58,764 bases of DNA from an uncultured Gammaproteobacteria bacterium. GTDB lineage: Bacteria; Patescibacteriota; Patescibacteriia; SBBC01; CAIJZX01. Of this stretch, positions 1 to 8,401 are shown piece by piece. The translations under genes and the position numbers were made by a program. The notes beneath the pieces were generated by a model. The model worked only from the letters and a program-made list of their open reading frames with translations. It was not told where the DNA came from and ran no database searches. Location of the stretch: contig CAYLHT010000006.1 in NCBI GenBank assembly GCA_964383765.1, positions 1 to 58,764 of the forward strand. The letters are read 5' to 3'. The first letter of the stretch is position 1. Every line of letters starts with the position of its first letter.

Positions 1-318
<318 letters not shown>

Positions 319-582
319 TATATCTGCCGTGACAGGCAGCATGCTGACCAGAACCATCAGTTGCGTTCTGGATTAGATAGTTGTTTCCACAAGTTGATTG
401 CTTGTTCGATGTCTGAGGGCGTGGTACGCTGTTTGACCCTATGGCCAAACGTGCACTCCCGCCGGTTGTTCGTGTGATAGCCACCTTGATGATCATCGCC
501 GGTTTTATCGGCTTGGTCTTCTGGCTGACACCGACCTCAACGGCCATCGGACATTAAATTACCCTTTCACAACAGGTACAGC

Positions 583-701
583 GTCTCCGTGATTCGAGCG
601 GTGAGGTCACACCCGATCCCATTCCGAACTCGGTCGTTAAGCTCACCAGCGCCGATGATACTGCGATGCATGTCGCGGGGAAAGTAGGCCGTCGCGGGGA
701 C
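583..701 (+). rRNA. rrf: 5S rRNA
   Basis: GGTCACACCCGATCCCATTCCGAACTCGG...AGCGCCGATGATACTG...GGGAAAGTAGG matches bacterial 5S. The terminal helix GTCTCCGTGAT / GTCGCGGGGAC pairs with G-U wobbles. Confidence 0.9.
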
Positions 702-773
702 GTTGTACCGGTTTCAAGACACTGCCACTCGGCAGTTGTTTTGTTTTTCATTTAGTTAGATTACAATAGTGAC

Positions 774-986
774 ATGGAAGACCAAGATCCCAAGTCATTC
801 AAGATAACGGGCCGTAGATCAAAAATAAAACCTTGGAATTTTCTAGTTATTGGTCTTGTTCTACTTTTACTTTCAGGGTTTGGAGCAAGCCCTGCGGTCA
901 CTCTCGTTGGTCTAATACTAATAGCCATTGGCATCGCAAGGTTTGTTAAAGAACGTCGAGCCAATGGAAAGACGCACAATGTTTAA
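774..986 (+). CDS. small hypothetical membrane protein (70 aa, one long hydrophobic segment)
   Basis: ORF with a hydrophobic core (LVIGLVLLLLSGFGASPAVTLVGLILIAIGIA). No recognisable family. Confidence 0.3.
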   Translation: MEDQDPKSFKITGRRSKIKPWNFLVIGLVLLLLSGFGASPAVTLVGLILIAIGIARFVKERRANGKTHNV

Positions 987-1612
987 GTGGCCCGTTTGAG
1001 CTTTAAGCCTAGAATTAGAGCGGCCGTCGCTGAACCTCGATTTTATTGCTAAAATCAGGCATTTGCAGCTCTTTTTCGGTGTGCTATAATACTTGTGATC
1101 ATTGAAAATATTTCCTTCGATGCACACGAAGGGGCAGGCAGGTCAGCCATGACCGAAATCGCGATAGTGGTTGGTACTCCGGGGATAGCAATATCCCTCG
1201 AGTGCAATAACGAGGGATGATTTCGATCATTACCTCGGAGTGCCTGCCATTGTGGCGATTTTTTACTAGTCACGAACGCGTCCGAAGTCTCGAGCGCATT
1301 CGGGGCCAGTAACGGTCCCACGCATCCCATTAGAGGGGTCGTCTAACTCATAAGTGAAAACTTGTGAAACTCTTATTGACGGCTCCCTGCACCGGGAGTT
1401 GTTAGGACGGATACGCGCTTTGTATTTTGCTATCAAGACGCGCCTGACTTAGCAATATACTTCTTTTGGGGAGCAAAAAATTTCTGGTGCGGCGCTAAGT
1501 TGTAGAGAGGTGACAGAAACGGGGCAGAGAACCCTGACCGGCGAATCAACAGTGCAAAACTGTAAATAGCTGGTGCAGCCTCATCCTGGAGCAGCGCCAA
1601 GTCAGTGGCAAG

Positions 1613-1642
1613 AACCGCCTATCTCAAAGCGGTTTTTGTTTT
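1613..1642 (+). terminator. rho-independent terminator-like hairpin
   Basis: AACCGC-ctatctcaaa-GCGGTT followed by TTTTGTTTT. A TGcTATAAT box lies immediately after it. Confidence 0.5.
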
Positions 1643-1656
1643 GCTATAATTTTTTT

Positions 1657-2262
1657 ATGCTACCAAGTCTTTCCAAGCACCGCTCCTCCCCCACCCAAGT
1701 CCAACTCTGGCTCCGTTCGTTGCGTTACAACCCAATGGACACCATGCGAACCTTGCCGGAAGTGGCGCGCAGAAAAACCGCCCATTGTCTCGAAGGCGCC
1801 TTAGCCGCCGCGGCATTACTCGAACCACATGGCTATCCCCCGCTGATTCTTGATTTAACCTCAATCGGGCCGCTTGATCACACAGTTTTTATTTACAAAC
1901 GCAAAGGCCGTTGGGGCAGCGTCGGCATGTCGCACGATATTGGTTTGCATGGACGCAAGTCGGTATTCAAAAGTGTTCACGCGCTGGTTCGAAGTTACAT
2001 CATCCCCTACATTGATCATCAATCGCGCCTAACCGGTTGGGGTGTGTTGGATTTGCGGACGCTCAAAAGTGATCGCTGGAAATATTCAAAGCACAATGTT
2101 TGGTACGTTGAGCGAGCGTTGCAGAAAATGAAACATCATCGGCTCAAAGTTTCACCGGCAGTCACGAAACACTGGCGCGAACAACACAAACACTTCAAGA
2201 AAAAACATCCTCACAAACAACCCGACTACTTTCCGAACCAACATCAGTGGGTATCAGGTTAA
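1657..2262 (+). CDS. hypothetical protein, possible transglutaminase-like/cysteine-peptidase fold
   Basis: ORF 1573..2262 trimmed to the ATG at 1657, because the terminator hairpin and a TATAAT box lie inside the longer version. Cys (HCLEGA) and His (LDHTVF) motifs suggest a papain/transglutaminase-like core. The C-terminus is basic and His-rich. Confidence 0.45.
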   Translation: MLPSLSKHRSSPTQVQLWLRSLRYNPMDTMRTLPEVARRKTAHCLEGALAAAALLEPHGYPPLILDLTSIGPLDHTVFIYKRKGRWGSVGMSHDIGLHGRKSVFKSVHALVRSYIIPYIDHQSRLTGWGVLDLRTLKSDRWKYSKHNVWYVERALQKMKHHRLKVSPAVTKHWREQHKHFKKKHPHKQPDYFPNQHQWVSG

Positions 2263-2281
2263 CCCTGTTCAAAGGGACAAA

Positions 2282-2303
2282 TTACCCTTTTGGGTAAAAG
2301 GGT
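2282..2303. repeat. palindromic motif TTACCCTTTTGGGTAAAAGGGT, copy 1 (upstream of arsR-like gene)
   Basis: Contains overlapping inverted repeats TACCC/GGGTA and CCCTTTT/AAAAGGG. A TTGACA hexamer starts 3 nt downstream. A 21-nt identical copy lies at 2636-2656. Confidence 0.7.
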
Positions 2304-2367
2304 GCTTGACAAAAAATCCAGTTTAGAATAGGTTGCTGACAGGTGGCTTGAGCTTCAAGCGGATTTT

Positions 2368-2625
2368 ATGCATACCCACCCACAATTTACTCAACAAGCT
2401 TTACTCCACCGAGGATTCGCGAATGAGCGACGGTTGTTTATTTTATCGCTGCTGGTACAACGCCCTCGAACTGGAATTGAGCTGGTACGAATTCTAGGTA
2501 TCCGACCATCGAATGTCAGTAAGCATCTTCGAATTCTAATGACGGCAGGGTTAGTTACAGGCGTACGGAGGAAAAGTGCGGTGGAGTTCTACGCACGAAA
2601 AAATATTGTACGTCGGTATTTCTAA
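2368..2625 (+). CDS. ArsR/SmtB-family winged-helix transcriptional regulator
   Basis: Translation ...ANERRLFILSLLVQRPRTGIELVRILGIRPSNVSKHLRILMTAGLV... shows the typical ArsR HTH signature. Confidence 0.8.
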   Translation: MHTHPQFTQQALLHRGFANERRLFILSLLVQRPRTGIELVRILGIRPSNVSKHLRILMTAGLVTGVRRKSAVEFYARKNIVRRYF

Positions 2626-2635
2626 AAAGAGCTTG

Positions 2636-2656
2636 TTACCCTTTTGGGTAAAAGGG
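2636..2656. repeat. palindromic motif TTACCCTTTTGGGTAAAAGGG, copy 2 (downstream of arsR-like gene)
   Basis: Exact 21-nt repeat of 2282-2302. Confidence 0.7.
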
Positions 2657-2699
2657 CTACTCAATAAGTGGGTGGCCTAGGAAATGGGCCTAAAGTAAC

Positions 2700-3101
2700 T
2701 CAGGCTTTGGCTTTTCGGACAAAATGATACGCCACCACATGCCCGGCATAACTGACCGGGATCATGTCCGTTTCGGCTGCAAAGGTTGAACCGTCGGTCC
2801 GCATCGCGGTAAACCGAAATGTAACCGGTCGGCTCAGGTTGGCAACGTGATCTTCATACATCTTCACAAATTTCTCGCGATCACTATCGGTTGCAATAAA
2901 ACTCTCAAGTGCTAAGTTCGCACTGCAATCTTCGGCCGTAGCGTAGCCGAGGAGCTTGGCTAATTTGTCATTACAGATCACATTCTTTTCGTCGAGCCAC
3001 AAGTACACCCCGTCTGGACTGTCTTCCAGGACCGGCTCGAAGTGATCGGCGATTTCGCTAATTAATTGGTCGTGTTGGTGCTGATGTTCAGTGTCGTCCA
3101 T
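2700..3101 (-). CDS. PAS domain-containing protein
   Basis: 133 aa. DGVYLWLDEKNVICNDKLAKLLGY...FTAMRTDGSTFAAETDMIPV resembles a single PAS fold. Confidence 0.6.
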   Translation of the reverse strand: MDDTEHQHQHDQLISEIADHFEPVLEDSPDGVYLWLDEKNVICNDKLAKLLGYATAEDCSANLALESFIATDSDREKFVKMYEDHVANLSRPVTFRFTAMRTDGSTFAAETDMIPVSYAGHVVAYHFVRKAKA

Positions 3102-3120
3102 GGGCTACACCCTAGCACAT

Positions 3121-3510
3121 TTACCGCCGCTGGCGAAACTCCGATTTAATGTACTCGGTGATCACGTAAATGACGACGGTACTCACCACCACGAAGACCA
3201 TTTCGTGCGGTAAGTGGTAGCCATGTTCCGCACCACCGAAAATCTCAATCCCGACCATCATCAGCAACATCCCGATCCACCCATACACAAAGTATTCGCC
3301 GTGTTGGTGGCGAGGGTTGTAATGATGGTGCCAACGGTGAATTTCTTTGTCGCCGGCGTAAAACGTTAGAATCAGGAGATAAATATCTGCCACTGATTTA
3401 CTCACCGCGGTTGCGCCATTGGTAAAAAATGACAGCGCAAACCAACCCATCAGAACAATCGTCCCGATATCGAACAACCGGACAAACGAGCGTTGGTAGG
3501 GTTTCATCAC
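3121..3510 (-). CDS. hypothetical integral membrane protein
   Basis: 129 aa with about 4 hydrophobic helices. A minus-strand terminator hairpin (3533-3560) lies just upstream of it. Confidence 0.5.
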   Translation of the reverse strand: MMKPYQRSFVRLFDIGTIVLMGWFALSFFTNGATAVSKSVADIYLLILTFYAGDKEIHRWHHHYNPRHQHGEYFVYGWIGMLLMMVGIEIFGGAEHGYHLPHEMVFVVVSTVVIYVITEYIKSEFRQRR

Positions 3511-3608
3511 GCTCAGTGTAGCATAAGAAAACGCGGGCCCGGTGATGCTGGGGCCCGCTCATGAGGTGTTAGTGTAAAGTTGAGCTAGCTGACTATCGAA
3601 GACGTTAG

Positions 3609-4049
3609 CTACTCAGGCCTCACTTCGGTGACATCCTGAAGCGACTTCAGGTACTTCGGATCGATCCAGTTGACCATGGCCAGTAGACGGCTGCTCGGGT
3701 TGACATACCCGAGTTGGTCACTGGCCGCGGCGGCAACGTACCACAGGGCCGGGTCGAATGGAGCGAAACACAGGCCGCGAACGGCGTCTTCCAAGCCACC
3801 GATCGGGTCGCCCGCATTGACCTTGTCTTCTCCTGACAAACAAAGCCTGGTGGCCATAGCCTGGTCCGGTGCCGGACCGTTACGGCGCAATCCCCGCTCC
3901 TTCACCTCCTCGGCAATCACGCACAGCTGAAGGATGTGGTACCCAGGCCGCACTTTCCGTAGAGCCATGCGGTGGTGAACCAGTTGTCCCGCCAGACTGC
4001 AGAGGACCGGAACGACGTCACCAGCTTGAAGCTCCTGTCGGTTTGGCAT
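3609..4049 (-). CDS. hypothetical protein, GC-rich, paralog of 4194..4610
   Basis: GGGGGAGGTGA Shine-Dalgarno before the ATG, TTGACA hexamer upstream (4123-4128, minus) and a terminator hairpin downstream. C-terminal similarity to its neighbour: APFDPALWYVAAAASDQLG...NWIDP versus APFHPQLWMLAGQAALQLG...EWINP. Confidence 0.6.
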   Translation of the reverse strand: MPNRQELQAGDVVPVLCSLAGQLVHHRMALRKVRPGYHILQLCVIAEEVKERGLRRNGPAPDQAMATRLCLSGEDKVNAGDPIGGLEDAVRGLCFAPFDPALWYVAAAASDQLGYVNPSSRLLAMVNWIDPKYLKSLQDVTEVRPE

Positions 4050-4193
4050 ATCACCTCCCCCAAAGGACGGGTTTCGAGAAACTTCACGAGATCGTCCGGA
4101 CTCTATACAAAAAATAGAATTTTGTCAACCCAGCCAACAAAAAACGCGGGTCCGGTGGTGATAGATCCGCGATGATGAGGCTGGTCCTTGATG

Positions 4194-4610
4194 TCACTCC
4201 CGACGCAGGCTTGGGTTGATCCACTCCGCCAGATCGATCAGTGTGGCGCTACTCTTTCCGTCCCCGAGCTGGAGTGCGGCTTGTCCAGCCAGCATCCACA
4301 GCTGCGGATGAAACGGAGCGTTGGCCAAACCTCGGCAAGCGCTGATCACGGCGACCGCGTGATTGCCCCGCCTGTTTGCAGACAGCCCGTCACTCAGCAA
4401 CTCTTCAGCGGCCCACGGGTTGGGAGGTGCATGCAAACCGGGAAAGGACCGTTCACGAATCTCATCCGCCATCTCCGACAACCGCACAGCTGCATACTCG
4501 GCCCTTTTCCTCGCCACCAGTCGGCGATCCACCATGACAGCCGCCATCTGCGCCAACTTGGGTTCAGGATCAAACCCAATGACGATTCGGCTCCTCGTCA
4601 CCTTGTGCAT
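4194..4610 (-). CDS. hypothetical protein, GC-rich, paralog of 3609..4049
   Basis: ORF 4194..4625 trimmed to the second ATG (MHKVTRS...), which is preceded by GGTGGAGGGA. Its own terminator hairpin lies at about 4141-4172 (minus). Confidence 0.55.
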   Translation of the reverse strand: MHKVTRSRIVIGFDPEPKLAQMAAVMVDRRLVARKRAEYAAVRLSEMADEIRERSFPGLHAPPNPWAAEELLSDGLSANRRGNHAVAVISACRGLANAPFHPQLWMLAGQAALQLGDGKSSATLIDLAEWINPSLRRE

Positions 4611-4730
4611 GGGTCCCTCCACCATCGTAGGTGCGTTTCAGTTCAGGTACCACAGGATTGCGGGACTGTAGACGAAAAATGTGGTTTTGTCAATGGTCGG
4701 TCCGGGAATGCGGAGTGCTATACTTAGTCT

Positions 4731-6014
4731 ATGCGCCTTTTCGCCGATCTCCACGTCCACTCGAAATATTCCCGCGCTGTCTCGCAAGACATGGACATCC
4801 CCCACATTGACCACTGGGCCAAGGTTAAAGGTATTGGCCTCATGGGCACTGGAGATTTTACGCACCCAGCCTGGTTTGGGTCGCTCAAGCAAGAGCTAGC
4901 TGAAGATGAATCAGGATTCTTACGCCGAAAAGAATCATCCGAGAAAACTCTATTCGTATTGTCAGCCGAAATTTCGTGTATTTATTCTCGAGCCGGCAAA
5001 ACACGCAGAATTCATAACATTGTACTGGCACCAGACTTTGCCACCGTTGAAAAACTCAATGGGTATTTGAGCTTGATCGGCAATCTGAAGTCTGACGGCC
5101 GACCGATTCTTGGACTCGATGCGGAAGAGCTCACCAAAATCGTGATGGACGCCAATCCGAAAAATATGGTTATCCCGGCTCACGCCTGGACACCCTGGTT
5201 TTCCTTGTTTGGATCAATGTCTGGCTTTGATAGCGTCGAAGAGTGTTTTGGCTCGATGAGTAAACACATTTACGCTCTGGAAACCGGGTTGTCATCCGAT
5301 CCAGCCATGAATTGGCGGTTGTCCCAACTTGATCGGATCGCCATCACCTCGTATTCCGATGCCCATTCACCCAAGCCGAACAAAATGGGGCGGGAAGCTA
5401 CCGAGTTTGACTTGGTCGAACCAACCTATGACAACTTGATTGAGGCGCTGAAAAGCCAGTCGATGATTGTCGACAGTCTGAAGCCGAAAAATACCATTGC
5501 CTCCACTATTGAATTCTTTCCGGAAGAAGGAAAGTATCATTGGGATGGTCATCGTGATCACAATATTCGCTGGTCACCGGAAGAATCGAAGTTGCACAAG
5601 AACATCTGTACTGTCTGCGGTAAGCCGATCACGATTGGTGTTGAAAATCGCGTTGAGCAACTAGCTGATCGTCCAGCAAATTTCAAACCCACCAATCGAC
5701 CACCCTTCACCAAGATGGTTCCGCTAGAGGAAATTATTGCTGAAGCGGTCGGCACGAAGCCCGGCACAAAAAAAGTCTCCGCCGTCTACGAAAAAATAAC
5801 GTCCGGGGCGAGCGAGTTCGATATTCTGACAAAGTTTTCAGATAGTGAGTTGCTGAGTCTCAACGAGCCGCGCGTGGTTGAAGGCATTCAACGCGTCCGC
5901 GCCGGGAAACTCGACATCGTCCCCGGTTACGACGGTGTCTTCGGCACCGTGCATATTTTCTCCAGCCGGCAACCGGCCACCACGCCGGTCAGGCCTCAAG
6001 CTTCACTCTTTTGA
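4731..6014 (+). CDS. PHP-domain nuclease, endonuclease Q-like
   Basis: N-terminal ADLHVHSKYSRA PHP motif, AHAWTPWFS, and a C-terminal CTVCGKPITIGVENRVEQLADR zinc-ribbon-like segment, as in the EndoQ family. Confidence 0.6.
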   Translation: MRLFADLHVHSKYSRAVSQDMDIPHIDHWAKVKGIGLMGTGDFTHPAWFGSLKQELAEDESGFLRRKESSEKTLFVLSAEISCIYSRAGKTRRIHNIVLAPDFATVEKLNGYLSLIGNLKSDGRPILGLDAEELTKIVMDANPKNMVIPAHAWTPWFSLFGSMSGFDSVEECFGSMSKHIYALETGLSSDPAMNWRLSQLDRIAITSYSDAHSPKPNKMGREATEFDLVEPTYDNLIEALKSQSMIVDSLKPKNTIASTIEFFPEEGKYHWDGHRDHNIRWSPEESKLHKNICTVCGKPITIGVENRVEQLADRPANFKPTNRPPFTKMVPLEEIIAEAVGTKPGTKKVSAVYEKITSGASEFDILTKFSDSELLSLNEPRVVEGIQRVRAGKLDIVPGYDGVFGTVHIFSSRQPATTPVRPQASLF

Positions 6015-6553
6015 TTCTCCTCATTTTTCTCTTTATTGTCCTCGCCGGCGCGATTGTGGCTGCGGTGTTCAGCTTGAACTCCATGTGGCAGACGCTTCGC
6101 ACTGGTTTGCCGTTTGTCTCGACACCACAATGGGCGATTGATTGGTTAGTCAATAATCTACGCCTCAGCTCATCCGATATTGTCTATGAGCTTGGTTGCG
6201 GTGATGCCCGTGTTTTGGCTGCCATTGCAAGAAAGTTTCCGGACGCAAAATTCATCGGCATTGAAATTCAATGGTGGCCATATCTTCTGGCAAAATGGCG
6301 AACGCGAAACTTGAAGAATGTGAAGATTGAGTTGAAAAATTTTCTGAATATGGACCTCTCGTCTGCCACCGTCGTCTATGGCTTCTACATCACTGTCATG
6401 GCGCCGAAAGTTGCGGCTAAACTTAAACAGGATTTGCGACCTGGCGCAAGGGCAATTTCCTATGGTTTTGATTTGCCGGGGTTGCGGGAAACCGAAAGCA
6501 TACGTAATCCACAACAGCCGAAGGGAAGCAAGATCCGAGTCTTCAGCCAGTAA
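6011..6553 (+). CDS. class I SAM-dependent methyltransferase with N-terminal TM helix
   Basis: VYELGCGDARVLAAIARKF is SAM-binding motif I. The start overlaps the upstream stop (ATGA-type coupling). Confidence 0.65.
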   Translation: MILLIFLFIVLAGAIVAAVFSLNSMWQTLRTGLPFVSTPQWAIDWLVNNLRLSSSDIVYELGCGDARVLAAIARKFPDAKFIGIEIQWWPYLLAKWRTRNLKNVKIELKNFLNMDLSSATVVYGFYITVMAPKVAAKLKQDLRPGARAISYGFDLPGLRETESIRNPQQPKGSKIRVFSQ

Positions 6554-6574
6554 TTTAACAATCTGCGAAAAGGT

Positions 6575-7192
6575 TTAGTGATTGTATTGTTGAGTTTTGT
6601 GAAAGTGACGATCTTCCGGTTGGGTGTTGGGAGCCAGCAAAAGGATTTCAGAATTCCCAAAGTGAAAATCCGTGAGCACCTCTTTCCAGGGTAGAGTGTA
6701 GTAGGCCGCAAAAATCATTTTGCCGATATCACCATGCGTTACCAGTAGGTAATTACCTGGTTGGCTTTGGGTGTTAAGCCAGCTCAGAAATTTTTTTGCT
6801 CGTACGATAAGTTGTGGAAACGTTTCGGCATCTGGTGGAGATAAAAAATAGGTAATGGTCCCTGTCACGATAATGTCAGGAGCACAGAGACGCTGAATAT
6901 CCTTGACTACTTTCCCGGTCATCACCCCAAAATCTCTCTCAATCAGAAGTTCAACTTTTTCCGGTGGTTCGAGATTGAGTCTTTGAGTGACTTCTAACGC
7001 CGTGTCATACGCTCGTTGCAGCGGGGAAGAAAAAACTTTTACAACCCCCAAGTTATTCTCTTGGACTTTGTCTGCGAGCAAATCTGCTTGTTGATGGCCC
7101 GTGGTTGTGAGTGGGCTATCTCTACGCCCATTCAAAATACCTTGTGCGTTATCTTGATCTTGGCCATGACGAACCAAAAAAATCTTTTTCAT
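6575..7192 (-). CDS. histidine phosphatase family protein (phosphoglycerate mutase-like)
   Basis: KIFLVRHGQ... RHG catalytic motif and LLVTHGD second His motif. Confidence 0.75.
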   Translation of the reverse strand: MKKIFLVRHGQDQDNAQGILNGRRDSPLTTTGHQQADLLADKVQENNLGVVKVFSSPLQRAYDTALEVTQRLNLEPPEKVELLIERDFGVMTGKVVKDIQRLCAPDIIVTGTITYFLSPPDAETFPQLIVRAKKFLSWLNTQSQPGNYLLVTHGDIGKMIFAAYYTLPWKEVLTDFHFGNSEILLLAPNTQPEDRHFHKTQQYNH

Positions 7193-7206
7193 GCTGCAGT
7201 ATGAAT

Positions 7207-7296
7207 TGGCGGAGGCGGAAGGATTCGAACCTTCGAGACCTTTTCAGGTCTAACGGTTTTCGAGACCGTCCGATTCAACCACTCTCGCACGCCTCC
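7207..7296 (-). tRNA. tRNA-Ser (anticodon CGA), long variable arm, encoded CCA
   Basis: The reverse complement reads GGAGGCG-TG-CGAGAGTGGTTGAATCG-G-ACGGT-CTCGAAA-ACCGT-TAGACCTGAAAAGGTCTC-GAAGGTTCGAATCCTTC-CGCCTCC-G-CCA. It has a 7-bp acceptor stem, a T-loop GGTTCGAATCC and the anticodon loop CT-CGA-AA. Confidence 0.9.
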
Positions 7297-7331
7297 GTAA
7301 CTCGCAGATTGTACGCTTTTTTGAAAAAAAA

Positions 7332-7748
7332 TCAAGTCCGACGACGTAAATTGCGAATAATCAACCACCCAATCAATATACCGAGTGGCCCAATGGTCAT
7401 ATCGCCCAGCAGGTTCCAGTTGGTTTCGGGCGTGAAGGCAAAGCCAGCGACGGCTTGTTTGAACGGCAAAATAAAGGCGTGATGATTTCGGTCAAGGTAT
7501 TGCAACGTTCGCTCAATTACTTCCCAAACAGCTAGTAACCCGACGCCGATCGTCCAGAGCCACTTTGGTTGACTGACCGTTTTCCGGCTGGCCAGAATCA
7601 ACCCAATAATCAAGCCAGAGGTGAAGTGAATCCCCGACCAGGGCCAATCATACATTGCCACGCTCGGCGTTCCGAAGATTTGCATATCGTCAGTATACCA
7701 TTCGCGCCGGCCCGTGTTATAGTTAGCACATTTGGTTGCTTTACGCAC
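7332..7748 (-). CDS. hypothetical membrane protein
   Basis: Hydrophobic 138-aa ORF. The true start may be the internal ATG at 7685, because the long form overlaps the divergent neighbour. Confidence 0.45.
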   Translation of the reverse strand: MRKATKCANYNTGRREWYTDDMQIFGTPSVAMYDWPWSGIHFTSGLIIGLILASRKTVSQPKWLWTIGVGLLAVWEVIERTLQYLDRNHHAFILPFKQAVAGFAFTPETNWNLLGDMTIGPLGILIGWLIIRNLRRRT

Positions 7749-8152
7749 TACTCTCCGCCGTCACCGCCGCCCTGGTTGCGATTTTCGGCAAACTCGGCCT
7801 GAGCAAACTTGATACCACGCTCGCCACAACGCTCCGGGCCATCATCATGGCCAGCTTTTTCATTATCGCATCACTGGTCTTACGAAAGTTTGAAGGTTTT
7901 CATTGGAATGCCTTAAATGCGAAGCAGTGGTGGTTTATCGTTTTGGCCGGCGTGGCCGGAGCGCTGTCGTGGTTGTTCTACTTCGCCGCGTTGAAAACCG
8001 GGGCGGCCTCGAAAGTTGCGGCGATTGATCGGTTGAGTGTCGTGTTCGTCTTCATTTTTGCGCTCCTCATCTTGTCGGAACCATTCAAACTCAAAGCGGC
8101 GCTGGGCGCGGCGATGATCGCCGGCGGTGCTATCTTAATGGTCGTTGCTTGA
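7736..8152 (+). CDS. EamA-like small DMT-family transporter
   Basis: 138 aa with 4-5 TM segments. LSAVTAALVAIFGKLGL...AALKTGAASKVAAIDRLSVVF resembles a single EamA domain. Non-ATG (TTG) start, uncertain. Confidence 0.55.
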   Translation: MLYALLSAVTAALVAIFGKLGLSKLDTTLATTLRAIIMASFFIIASLVLRKFEGFHWNALNAKQWWFIVLAGVAGALSWLFYFAALKTGAASKVAAIDRLSVVFVFIFALLILSEPFKLKAALGAAMIAGGAILMVVA

Positions 8153-8155
8153 TCC

Positions 8156-8368
8156 ATGCCAAAAACTCGACCATCACTACGATTCAAAGTCAGTGTTCCG
8201 CCGGACGTCGCCAAAGCGTTGCGGGCACGCCCGAAAATCATGAGAATCTTTCAAGCCTTCCCGCCCTCACATCAACGTCGGTACATTGATTGGATTCGTG
8301 AGGCCGTCAAAGAAACGACGCGGCGACGACGGACGAACGAGATGCTCGCTCGGATCGACAAATCATAA
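8156..8368 (+). CDS. YdeI/OmpD-associated family protein
   Basis: FQAFPPSHQRRYIDWIREAVKETTRRRRTNEMLARI matches the YdeI/OmdA C-terminal signature. Confidence 0.6.
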   Translation: MPKTRPSLRFKVSVPPDVAKALRARPKIMRIFQAFPPSHQRRYIDWIREAVKETTRRRRTNEMLARIDKS

Positions 8369-8401
8369 CCGCTAGCAACATCTCAGCCAGCACGCTACAC
8401 T

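Noticed and set aside
1055-1330. 91-aa minus-strand ORF in the rRNA-downstream noncoding region
   Set aside because: It has no start context, a low-complexity translation, and it overlaps the promoter and helix-rich segment. It is more likely noncoding.
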